A stretch of DNA of 18,567 nt. Source: Elusimicrobiota bacterium. GTDB taxonomy: Bacteria; Elusimicrobiota; Elusimicrobia; F11. Where the stretch lies: assembly GCA_046153645.1 (NCBI GenBank), contig JBJXGI010000102.1, positions 1 to 18,567 on the forward strand, in the 5' to 3' direction. Below the pieces are notes generated by a model. That model did not search any database. It saw nothing but the letters and a program-made list of their open reading frames with translations, and had not been told where the DNA came from. How positions within the stretch are numbered: position 1 is the first letter of the stretch; the number at the start of each line of letters is the position of its first letter. Below are positions 1-8,459 of the stretch, piece by piece. The position numbers were made by a program, and so were the translations under genes.

Positions 1-392
1 AAAGATGCGAATAATCCCAGCATCCCTGTTTCCAAAAGAAGAAACCAAAAGAAATACTCTTTGGTCCGTTTATCGACACCAAAAGAGGCAATTACTGAAA
101 TAAGACACAAAAAAGTGGTCAAAAGAATCATGGGAAACGAAATTCCATCAATACCCAAATGATATTCGATATTAAAAGTTGAAATCCAAGGAAGTTTTTG
201 AACAAATTGCATTTCGTGAGTTAGTGAATTAAATTGCGTCAGTAACAGCAGAGATAAAATAAAGGTAAAAGCGGAAAAGATGGTAGCGATGGTTCTATGT
301 ATCTTTTCATTCTCCTTTGATGTAAATAGGATAACAACACCTCCTATCAGAGGTAAAAAAGTTAACCAAGAAAGAATTGATGAAGAATTCAC
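1..392 (-). CDS. nuoM: NADH-quinone oxidoreductase subunit M (5' part; runs off the window edge)
   Basis: Not in the ORF track; translated by hand. GTG at 392 follows an AAGGAG RBS (400-405). Reads MNSSSILSWLTFLPLIGGVVILF...QKLPWISTFNIEYHLGIDGISFPMILLTTFL...KEYFFWFLLLETGMLGLF, with the NuoM motifs W..FNI.YHLGIDGIS and LLLE.GM.G.F. Lies directly after nuoL. Confidence 0.93.
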   Translation of the reverse strand, partial: MNSSSILSWLTFLPLIGGVVILFTSKENEKIHRTIATIFSAFTFILSLLLLTQFNSLTHEMQFVQKLPWISTFNIEYHLGIDGISFPMILLTTFLCLISVIASFGVDKRTKEYFFWFLLLETGMLGLFAS

Positions 393-410
393 GCCGAAAC
401 TCCTTATACT

Positions 411-2396
411 TTATTTAAAACTTTGAGCAATCCACACGAGCATCGAACCGAGCCCAATAACAATCCAAAACAAATAACTTTGAATCAGTCCTGATTGTAG
501 TTTCTTCATACCAGAACCCAATTTATCAATGATGAAACCATTTCCATCAATAAGAATTTTATCTACAAATTTTCCATCTAAAAAAGAACTCACAACTGAA
601 GTGATTTTTCCACTGCGGCCAATACCATCAACAACACCTTGATCCAAAATATCATAGTCAATTTTGGCTAAAAACCGACTTATCGGATGATAAATATGAC
701 CAATGGCCCATAAATAAATCTCATCAATTTTCCAGCGATCAGTTAAAAATTTATGAGGAATTGAAAATTGTTTCCCTAAAAATGGATAAACCGGTGGTTT
801 AGACATATATATCCAACCTGCCATAGCCAAACCAAAACCAAAGGCCGCCAATGAAATATAAAGAATCATCGGAGCATGATGAACAGCTTCACCATGTTCT
901 CCCCAAGCGATGAATTTTCCAATATTCCCACCATGAATCAAAAAGTAGCCTAAAACCACAGATAAAAAAGCGAGGAGAACTAAAGGAATTGTCATAAGAG
1001 CGGGAGATTCGTGGGCATGATGAAATTTTTCTTCATCGCGGGGATGACCCACAAAAGTTAAAAACCAAGTTCTAAACATATAAAAAGAAGTCATCAGTGC
1101 CGCTAAAGCCAAAAGCGCAAAAATAACCGGGTTATGATGATGAGCGACCGCTAGTACCTCTTCTTTAGAATAAAACCCTGATAAAAAAGGACAACCCGCA
1201 ATCGCTAACGTACCGATTAAATAACAAGTTGAAGTAATAGGCATTTTTTTACGAAGCCCGCCCATCTGCCACATATCGTTTGTATGAACTGAGTGAATAA
1301 CACTTCCTGCGCATAAGAAAAGAAGCGCTTTGAAAGCAGCATGCGTGGTTAAATGAAACATGCCAGCAACATACCCACCACAACCCAATGCGGCCATCAT
1401 AAATCCAAGTTGACTTACAGTTGAAAAAGCAAGAACACGTTTAATATCACGAGAAACAAGTCCCATACTAGCGGCCACCAGAGCGGTAATAACTCCAACC
1501 CAAGCAACAACTTCCATTGTTAAGTGAGACGCCTCAAAAAGGAAAAATACTCTGGCTACCATATAAACCCCAGCTGCAACCATGGTAGCAGCGTGAATGA
1601 GAGCTGAAGCGGGAGTGGGGCCTTCCATAGCATCGGGCAACCAAACATGTAAAGGAAACTGAGCCGATTTTCCCATTGCGCCAAAGAAGAGCATCAGGGG
1701 AACACCAACAACAACCCAAGTAGGATAAGAAGAAACCATTGTTTTTATATTTTCAGAAAGGGCCGGAATATTAAATGTCCCCATATAATTGAAAATAGTT
1801 AATAGCGCAATATATAAACCTAAGTCGCCGACTTTTGTAGTTAAGAACGCTTTTCTACCCGCATAAGCGGCAGCATCACGCTCAAAGTCAAAACCGATAA
1901 GAAGATAGGAACATAATCCCACCATCTCCCACCCGATAAAAAACTGCAACATGTCATTAGCAACAACCAGGATGAGCATTGAAAATGTAAATAAATTGAC
2001 GTAAGCGAAATAACGTCCAAAACGCTTATGATCATGCATATATGAGATGGAATAAAGCTGAACCAAGAATGAAACAAAAGTGACAACAACCAACATAACA
2101 GAGGAGAGACCATCAATTAAAACACCCAAACGAAAATCGAAATTACCGACTGAAAACCAAGTCATGTATTTTTCGTAAAAAAGGCCTTGAAGACCTTCTG
2201 TAGGCAAAACAATGCTTCCTTTCATAATTCCAACAGCAATCAACAAGGAATGGACAAAACAATACCCCATTGCGACTAGCCCCACCCAAGCGCCTTGAAG
2301 TCCTAAAAATTTTCGAAAGAAAATAATAAGTACAAAGGCCAACAAAGGCGCAAACACAATTTGATATGAATTTTCAAGCAAAAAAGCTGCTGACAT
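411..2396 (-). CDS. nuoL: NADH-quinone oxidoreductase subunit L, with elongated lateral helix
   Basis: Motifs DGLS..M, YSISYM, F.GWE.VGLCSYLLIGF, GKSAQFPLHVWLPDAMEGPTPASALIHAATMVAAGVY, HAAFKALLFL.AGSVIH, GF.SKE and C-terminal QSG.IQ.Y. RBS AAAGGA at 2404-2409. Confidence 0.97.
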   Translation of the reverse strand: MSAAFLLENSYQIVFAPLLAFVLIIFFRKFLGLQGAWVGLVAMGYCFVHSLLIAVGIMKGSIVLPTEGLQGLFYEKYMTWFSVGNFDFRLGVLIDGLSSVMLVVVTFVSFLVQLYSISYMHDHKRFGRYFAYVNLFTFSMLILVVANDMLQFFIGWEMVGLCSYLLIGFDFERDAAAYAGRKAFLTTKVGDLGLYIALLTIFNYMGTFNIPALSENIKTMVSSYPTWVVVGVPLMLFFGAMGKSAQFPLHVWLPDAMEGPTPASALIHAATMVAAGVYMVARVFFLFEASHLTMEVVAWVGVITALVAASMGLVSRDIKRVLAFSTVSQLGFMMAALGCGGYVAGMFHLTTHAAFKALLFLCAGSVIHSVHTNDMWQMGGLRKKMPITSTCYLIGTLAIAGCPFLSGFYSKEEVLAVAHHHNPVIFALLALAALMTSFYMFRTWFLTFVGHPRDEEKFHHAHESPALMTIPLVLLAFLSVVLGYFLIHGGNIGKFIAWGEHGEAVHHAPMILYISLAAFGFGLAMAGWIYMSKPPVYPFLGKQFSIPHKFLTDRWKIDEIYLWAIGHIYHPISRFLAKIDYDILDQGVVDGIGRSGKITSVVSSFLDGKFVDKILIDGNGFIIDKLGSGMKKLQSGLIQSYLFWIVIGLGSMLVWIAQSFK

Positions 2397-2415
2397 GTAA
2401 ATATCCTTTTAAATT

Positions 2416-3192
2416 TTAATTGAGCTCTAAAAAAAACTTTTTGATCGACCCTTCTAAGGTTGAAGATGAAATCAATGATTTAGCACTCTTTAATAAATCC
2501 TTAGAAAGTTGACTGTCCATTTCTATTAACTCAGAACGAACCCAAGATCTTTGCGCTTCACCAATCAAATCTTCTTTAATTTTTCCGGTTTTAATTCCTT
2601 GAACATGATCCCATTCAAACACATTATTCATAAAAACCAGTTGAATCTCTTTCGGAGTTTGTTGCTGTTGATCAAACCAAATAAACAAATGTGTTTCATT
2701 AACTCCTTGGAACCAACGCAAAGCTTGTCCCGGTTTTTGTTGCAACGCTGTCGGATCAATTTCCCGGAGCGATTGCCCAACAATTTTAGGTTCTACAAAC
2801 CATTCCAGCTGATTAAAGTCTTTCGGGAAAGGAGCAACGAACTGAAAAGCAACATTGTCTTTACTAATAAACCGAACCACCTTTAATTGTAATAAAAGAG
2901 AAAAATCTTCTATTTCAAGAGAACTGGAATATATCTGACCTTCCTTAAGTCTCTGTACATCTTCAATATTTTGAAAGACCATCCGGCATCCACGAAGGCT
3001 AATGTTTTTTACATTTCCTAAAGGAAATTTATCTATTTCCCCTGATTCCGGTTTTAATAAAAAAATTCTTGGCTTTGGGTGATCGTCAAGCTCTAATCGA
3101 AATTGTTTCCGTTTTTCATTCCATGATAAAGATTGATCAGAAGATTCTTTATCGTTACTTTTATTAAACCCGAACCAATTTTTTAAACTCAT
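2416..3192 (-). CDS. PilZ-domain protein (candidate c-di-GMP receptor) with an uncharacterised C-terminal domain
   Basis: RxxxR (RKQFR, aa 28-32) followed 30 residues later by (D/N)xSxxG (NISLRG, aa 63-68) and a beta-rich segment ending KVVRF...VAFQF. The start overlaps the nuoK stop (ATGA, 3189-3192). Soluble, 258 aa. Confidence 0.78.
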   Translation of the reverse strand: MSLKNWFGFNKSNDKESSDQSLSWNEKRKQFRLELDDHPKPRIFLLKPESGEIDKFPLGNVKNISLRGCRMVFQNIEDVQRLKEGQIYSSSLEIEDFSLLLQLKVVRFISKDNVAFQFVAPFPKDFNQLEWFVEPKIVGQSLREIDPTALQQKPGQALRWFQGVNETHLFIWFDQQQQTPKEIQLVFMNNVFEWDHVQGIKTGKIKEDLIGEAQRSWVRSELIEMDSQLSKDLLKSAKSLISSSTLEGSIKKFFLELN

Positions 3193-3494
3193 CCTTGCAG
3201 TATATTCATTTTCTCAACAAGAATATTTCGCGATTGTCGATATATGGTTAAAACCAAAGCCAATCCAACAACGGCCTCTGCTGCGGCTAAGGCAATAATA
3301 AATAACACAAAACCTTGACCCCATAAATTTTCTGGGTACAAATAACGGTTAAATACAATAAAATTAATAGCAGCAGCGTTAAACAAAAGCTCAACGGACA
3401 TCAGAATTCCCACAACATTTCTTCTGGCTAAAATTCCGTACAAACCAATAGAAAAGAGAATGGCGCTTAAAATAAGAAAAGGTTTTGGACCCAT
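3189..3494 (-). CDS. nuoK: NADH-quinone oxidoreductase subunit K
   Basis: 101 aa with three hydrophobic helices; motifs LFSIGLYG...RRN...LMSVELL.NAA and AAAEAVVGLA. Confidence 0.97.
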   Translation of the reverse strand: MGPKPFLILSAILFSIGLYGILARRNVVGILMSVELLFNAAAINFIVFNRYLYPENLWGQGFVLFIIALAAAEAVVGLALVLTIYRQSRNILVEKMNILQG

Positions 3495-3986
3495 TTACGA
3501 TGCCTTCTTTGAACTAAAAAATATTGCCCCAATCAGTGCTACCACCATAACCAACGAAATGACTTCGAAAGGAAGGACCATTTGTTTTATTAACAGATCT
3601 CCTAACTTACCGGTTGTGGCCTGAGGTTCGAGCATTTTAATAGGCACTGACCATTTACAAATAAATCCCAACATGGCCGTAACAAAAAAAATCGAAAAAA
3701 GCCCTGCAGCCCATGATTTTTCATTGACTTGGCGACCCGTCCAATCGCTGGGTTTGCCCGATAAGAGAACGACAAAAAGAAGAATAATCATAACGCCGCC
3801 AATATAAACAAGAAGCTGGACTGCAAATAAAAAGTCAGCCGCTAACATTGCATAAATTCCCGCTACCCCCAATAAAGAGGTGACCAAAAAAAGAGCGGCG
3901 TGAAAAACATTTTTAACGCTAACAACCAACAAAGCAGGAACAAGAGTTAATAAAGCTAAAATTCCAAATATTAAATATTCGATCAT
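3495..3986 (-). CDS. nuoJ: NADH-quinone oxidoreductase subunit J
   Basis: Motifs N.FHAAL.L, ADFL.AVQLLVYIGGV.I..LFV and LPFE..S; position between nuoI and nuoK. Confidence 0.95.
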   Translation of the reverse strand: MIEYLIFGILALLTLVPALLVVSVKNVFHAALFLVTSLLGVAGIYAMLAADFLFAVQLLVYIGGVMIILLFVVLLSGKPSDWTGRQVNEKSWAAGLFSIFFVTAMLGFICKWSVPIKMLEPQATTGKLGDLLIKQMVLPFEVISLVMVVALIGAIFFSSKKAS

Positions 3987-4516
3987 TGTGCGACTTCTCC
4001 CTTTTCTTTAGGATCCGAAAGAGACGAAATTTTTTCTTTTCTTCCATCTGGCATAAAACGAAACCATTCTTGTGCTTTGGGACCTTGAGCAACTGTATCG
4101 GCCAGTGTGGGGCCCCATTTAACCAAAGCGTCTTTTCTACCGTCAAAAACAACTTCGTATTCATTGGAATGATGAACAGATTTTACCTTTGTAGGACAGG
4201 CTTCTTCACAAAGGCGACACACATTACATTTCGCGAAATCTATTTGATACCACGATAAATCTTTCTTCTTGGTTTGTTCATTGCGAACCCACTCCATTGA
4301 AATAACATCGGAAGGGCAAACTCTAACGCACATTTCACAAGAAATACAAATCTCAGGATGAAATGAAAGCACACCTCTAAATCTTTCTGGGACCGGTTTT
4401 TTCTCTCTTGGAAACTGGAAAGTGTGTGCGGGTTTAAAGTAGTACTTCAGGGTGAGCATCATCCCCTTCATGGTGGCCCAAGATACTCTAAAAATAGTTT
4501 TCAAATCCCAAAACAT
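3983..4516 (-). CDS. nuoI: NADH-quinone oxidoreductase subunit I (2x[4Fe-4S])
   Basis: T.QFP.E...PERFRG motif plus two ferredoxin motifs, CISCEMCVRVCP and CNVCRLCEEACP. Confidence 0.95.
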   Translation of the reverse strand: MFWDLKTIFRVSWATMKGMMLTLKYYFKPAHTFQFPREKKPVPERFRGVLSFHPEICISCEMCVRVCPSDVISMEWVRNEQTKKKDLSWYQIDFAKCNVCRLCEEACPTKVKSVHHSNEYEVVFDGRKDALVKWGPTLADTVAQGPKAQEWFRFMPDGRKEKISSLSDPKEKGEVAQ

Positions 4517-5794
4517 TTACTTAAGCCTCCACAACAAAACAAAACCCGTAATTAAGATATTTATCAAAGTCCATGGAATGAAAATTTTCCAACACAAATC
4601 CATAATTCGATCAACTCGAATTCGAGGGAAAGTCCAACGACTCCAAAGGAAAATAAATATAAGTCCAAATGTTTTCATGAGCATCCAAGCCCAAGAAGGA
4701 ATGAAATCAAGCGCTGGGAAAAGCGGCGACCCTCCGCCTAAGAAAAGAACCGCACCTAACAAAGATCCGATAAACACATAAGCATATTCAGCTAAAAAGA
4801 AAATCGCAAATTTCATTCCACCATATTCCGTGTGAAAACCTGCGGTTAATTCAGATTCAGCTTCAGGAACGTCAAAAGGAACTCGGTTGGTTTCAGCAAT
4901 CGTGGTAATAAGATAAATGATAAAACTAATTTGACCCACAACGGGATAGAAAATAAACCATCGGGGAAACCATCCGCCCATATGAAGTGATTGTGCGTTC
5001 ATAATATGAGTCAGGTTCATAGAGCCCACCCACATAATAACAGGAACAACTGATAAAATTCGTGGAATTTCAAATGACACAACTTGTGCAGCCGCTCGAA
5101 GTCCACCAAATATAGAAAATTTGTTGTTAGATCCCCACCCTGCCATCAATACACCAATAGTAGAAAGACCCGAAACAGCCATGACATAAATAAGACCAAT
5201 ATCTAAATCGAGAGCGGCTAATCCATTCCCCAAAGGAAGGGGAGCCACACATAAATACGCAGGAACAAACACAATGACCGGTGCTAAACGAAATACCCAT
5301 TTATCTGAACCGAGAGGCTCAATAATTTCTTTTAAAAGAAGTTTAATCCCATCGGCAATTGTTTGTGCCCAACCATGCCATCCTCCCACATCCATGGGAC
5401 CTAACCGCCCTTGTATATGAGCGGCCACTTTTCGTTCCCACCAAACAAGAACGGCGGGAATTGCTTGGATAATTTGAATCCAAATAACAGCAGGAATAGT
5501 GATAGCTAAAATTGTCGGAATGAATAAAGGAATGTTATTTTTCGCAGCAAGATCAAAAATAAATTTATGTCCTAATTTAAACCAAGGTGATAATTCTCCA
5601 ATCGCAGAAACAGCTCCAATAAAAAGCGCCACAAGCGCCGTTAGCCAAATAGCAGAACGAACCCAACTTTGACGCATTCGAACTTGTTTATCTTGGAACT
5701 TTTGAAGATATTCGCGCATCCTTTCTGAAGAAGGATCGGGAATAACCACAGAAGGCGCTACCGGGGCCGGAGTGGGTTGAACAGATTCACTCAT
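4517..5794 (-). CDS. nuoH: NADH-quinone oxidoreductase subunit H, with N-terminal extension
   Basis: Motifs ERK..A.IQ.R.GP, Q.IADG.KLL.KE, GW.SNNKFS..GG.RAAAQ..S.E and AETNR.PFD.PEAESEL..GF.TEY.G..FA.FF.AEY. The start overlaps the nuoD stop (ATGA, 5791-5794). Confidence 0.96.
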   Translation of the reverse strand: MSESVQPTPAPVAPSVVIPDPSSERMREYLQKFQDKQVRMRQSWVRSAIWLTALVALFIGAVSAIGELSPWFKLGHKFIFDLAAKNNIPLFIPTILAITIPAVIWIQIIQAIPAVLVWWERKVAAHIQGRLGPMDVGGWHGWAQTIADGIKLLLKEIIEPLGSDKWVFRLAPVIVFVPAYLCVAPLPLGNGLAALDLDIGLIYVMAVSGLSTIGVLMAGWGSNNKFSIFGGLRAAAQVVSFEIPRILSVVPVIMWVGSMNLTHIMNAQSLHMGGWFPRWFIFYPVVGQISFIIYLITTIAETNRVPFDVPEAESELTAGFHTEYGGMKFAIFFLAEYAYVFIGSLLGAVLFLGGGSPLFPALDFIPSWAWMLMKTFGLIFIFLWSRWTFPRIRVDRIMDLCWKIFIPWTLINILITGFVLLWRLK

Positions 5795-6960
5795 CGGTCA
5801 ACCTCCCCCAAAACGAAATCGAGAGATCCCAATATGGCAATGACATCTCCTACTTTCCAACCACGAATCATTTCACTCAAAGCTTGTAGGTTAATAAATG
5901 AAGGAGGGCGAACATGATATCGATAAGGGCGATCGGTTCCATCAGAGACAATATAAGTTCCCAACCACCCACGAGGACCTTCGAGTTGGTCGTATACCTC
6001 TCCTGCACTTGGACGATAAACCTTTCCCACTTTTCCCATGACTGGACCTTCAGGAAATTTATCGCAAGCTTGCTCAATAATGCGAAGAGATTCACTCATT
6101 TCTTGGCGACGAACCATAAATCGATCGTAGCAGTCTCCTTTTTTGCCAAGAGGTACATCAAATTTAAATTCTTTATAAATGCTGTAGGGATGATCACGTC
6201 TTAAATCCAAATCAACGCCACTTCCACGCAAACAAGGACCCGTGAGTCCATAATTAATAGCTCTTTCAGCTGATATTGGACCAATACCGATGGTTCGATC
6301 CATAAAAATAGGATTGTAAGTTAAAAGAGTATCGTATTCCTCTAAATTCTTTTTCATTTTGTTAACAAAATTTTTCACTCGACCAATCCACCCTTCAGGA
6401 ATATCAAGCATAACGCCACCAACTCGAATATAGTTATAGGTAATTCGAGCGCCACAGATTTCTTCAAAAAGATCCAAAATTTCTTCACGATCTCGACCAA
6501 ACGCGTGTAAAAATGGCGTAAAAGCACCAATATCAATTCCATAGGTCCCATAAAAAACCATATGAGAAGCAATTCGATTTAATTCACCAACAATCACACG
6601 AATAAAGTCCGCACGAACAGGAATTTCAACTTTGAGTAATTTTTCAACAGCCAAACAATAGGCCCAATTATTATTCATGGCTGATAAATAATCATCTCGG
6701 TCAGTCAGCACAACAATCATGGGATAAGTTCTATTTTCAGCAAGTTTTTCAACACCACGATGCAAATACCCTAAATCTGGAACTGAATCTGTAATAACTT
6801 CGCCATCGAGCTTAAGAACAACTCGCAATACGCCATGCGTAGAAGGGTGTTGTGGCCCAAGATTGAGCAACATTTCATTTTCACCAACTTGCTCGATTTT
6901 CGTTTCAAATACCGGGCCAGTGGCAATAATTTTTGCGGGATCTAAAATATCAGACGCCAT
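5791..6960 (-). CDS. nuoD: NADH-quinone oxidoreductase subunit D
   Basis: Motifs LNLGPQHPSTHGVLR, GYLHRG.EK, ELNRIASH and C-terminal GSLDFVLGEVDR. No CxxC Ni-binding motifs. Confidence 0.97.
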   Translation of the reverse strand: MASDILDPAKIIATGPVFETKIEQVGENEMLLNLGPQHPSTHGVLRVVLKLDGEVITDSVPDLGYLHRGVEKLAENRTYPMIVVLTDRDDYLSAMNNNWAYCLAVEKLLKVEIPVRADFIRVIVGELNRIASHMVFYGTYGIDIGAFTPFLHAFGRDREEILDLFEEICGARITYNYIRVGGVMLDIPEGWIGRVKNFVNKMKKNLEEYDTLLTYNPIFMDRTIGIGPISAERAINYGLTGPCLRGSGVDLDLRRDHPYSIYKEFKFDVPLGKKGDCYDRFMVRRQEMSESLRIIEQACDKFPEGPVMGKVGKVYRPSAGEVYDQLEGPRGWLGTYIVSDGTDRPYRYHVRPPSFINLQALSEMIRGWKVGDVIAILGSLDFVLGEVDR

Positions 6961-7501
6961 GGGATTCCTTTAACTTTAACGGCACACCCTTTTCATCTAA
7001 ACCAGGTGTTCCGATTTCTAAACCAGAATCAAATTTATCCGTAATGTGGACATAGTCTTTTCTTAAGGGATATCCTGGGAATCCTTCCCACATCATAATT
7101 CGCTTTAAATAAGGATGTCCCTTAAAAGTTATACCCATTAAATCGAAAACCTCACGTTCTTGCCAATTCATTCCGGTCCATAAAGAACTGACCGAGTCAA
7201 CTTCTGCTTTATCACGTGGAATTTGTGTTTTAAGGACAATTCCTTTTTTATTTTTTGTTGAGTAAAGATAATAAATGAGTTCGAACAACCCCTCTTTAAT
7301 AAAATCAACACTCGTCATTTGAATAGGAAGGTCAAAATTAAGAGAAGTGTCTTCTTTGAGATATTTACAAATGGAGAAAAGAGTTTCAGGGGTTACTTTT
7401 ACCACAACTTCAGGGTCACGAATGGCTTTTTCAGCAATGGGTGGAATAACCGCATCAGGAAATTTAGAACATACTTTTTGAGCGACATCTACTGTGAACA
7501 T
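6950..7501 (-). CDS. nuoC: NADH-quinone oxidoreductase subunit C
   Basis: Motif SVS.LW...NW.ERE.FDL.GI.F.GHP.L.RI......GYPLRKDY. Confidence 0.96.
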   Translation of the reverse strand: MFTVDVAQKVCSKFPDAVIPPIAEKAIRDPEVVVKVTPETLFSICKYLKEDTSLNFDLPIQMTSVDFIKEGLFELIYYLYSTKNKKGIVLKTQIPRDKAEVDSVSSLWTGMNWQEREVFDLMGITFKGHPYLKRIMMWEGFPGYPLRKDYVHITDKFDSGLEIGTPGLDEKGVPLKLKESHGV

Positions 7502-7504
7502 AAC

Positions 7505-8092
7505 TTACGAAGACCTCGCAGTAATAGAAGCATCATTCACAGCTTTTAAAATTTCACGAGTGGGTTGTGCGGGATAAGCAACTCGCTTTCCAGCGTCCCA
7601 ATATTTATTTATTTTTTCTTGAAGCGCGATGACAGCAGTTAGTAATGCTTCAGGACGAGGAGGACAACCAGGCACATAAATATCAACAGGAATAATTTTG
7701 TCTACACCTTTGGCCACAGAATAAGAATCGTAATAAGGACCACCGCAATTAGAACAGGCTCCCATCGAAATAACAAATCGGGGTTCAGGCATTTGATGAT
7801 AAAGAGTTTCAACAGCTGGAGCCATTTTTTTGACAACAGTTCCCGCGATAATCATAAGGTCAGCTTGCCTCGGTGTTGGACGAGGAATAACACCAACACG
7901 GTCAAAATCATATCTAGACGCATAAGCCGCCATCATTTCAATGGCACAACATGCCAAACCAAAAGTTAGAGGCCAAATAGAAGATCGTCTTGCCCAGTCG
8001 ATAAAAAAATCCACTCCCGTTAGGAGCAGTTCACCGCCAAGAACCTTATGTCTCTTAATAATAGGAAGATTGTTAAATACTGGACTTGTCAT
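7505..8092 (-). CDS. nuoB: NADH-quinone oxidoreductase subunit B
   Basis: Motifs [36 protein letters not shown] and [14 protein letters not shown] (N2 cluster ligands). Confidence 0.97.
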   Translation of the reverse strand: MTSPVFNNLPIIKRHKVLGGELLLTGVDFFIDWARRSSIWPLTFGLACCAIEMMAAYASRYDFDRVGVIPRPTPRQADLMIIAGTVVKKMAPAVETLYHQMPEPRFVISMGACSNCGGPYYDSYSVAKGVDKIIPVDIYVPGCPPRPEALLTAVIALQEKINKYWDAGKRVAYPAQPTREILKAVNDASITARSS

Positions 8093-8096
8093 AAAA

Positions 8097-8459
8097 TTAC
8101 TCCCACTTTAAAGCGCCTTTACGCCAGGCCACAACGAAGGCAACAAACAAAATAGCAATGAATGAGATCATGCTCAAAAAGCCCATCATTCCAAGTGATT
8201 TAAATTGAACGGCCCAAGGAAGAAGAAAAACGGTCTCAACATCGAAAATAACAAAAATAAGGGCAAATACATAAAAACGAATATTAGGAGAAACATAAGG
8301 AGTCCCGATCGGCTCCATTCCGCACTCATAAACAGAACGACGAAGTGGGTCTGTCCCTCTTTCACGAAGAATATAATTGGCGAAAAATACACCAAAGATG
8401 AAAGCGAAACCGATGGCTAAATAAACCAACAATCCCGCATATTGACTAAGATTTAACAT
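8097..8459 (-). CDS. nuoA: NADH-quinone oxidoreductase subunit A
   Basis: Motifs YECG.EP, RFY.FAL.FV.FDVE..FL.PWAV and C-terminal W.KGALKWE. Confidence 0.97.
   Translation of the reverse strand: MLNLSQYAGLLVYLAIGFAFIFGVFFANYILRERGTDPLRRSVYECGMEPIGTPYVSPNIRFYVFALIFVIFDVETVFLLPWAVQFKSLGMMGFLSMISFIAILFVAFVVAWRKGALKWE

Noticed and set aside
5791..8092. Possibility that the EFG-less cluster is a group 4 [NiFe]-hydrogenase
   Set aside because: NuoD has no N- or C-terminal CxxC Ni ligands, NuoB has the adjacent CC motif of complex I, and nuoA, nuoJ and nuoK are present.
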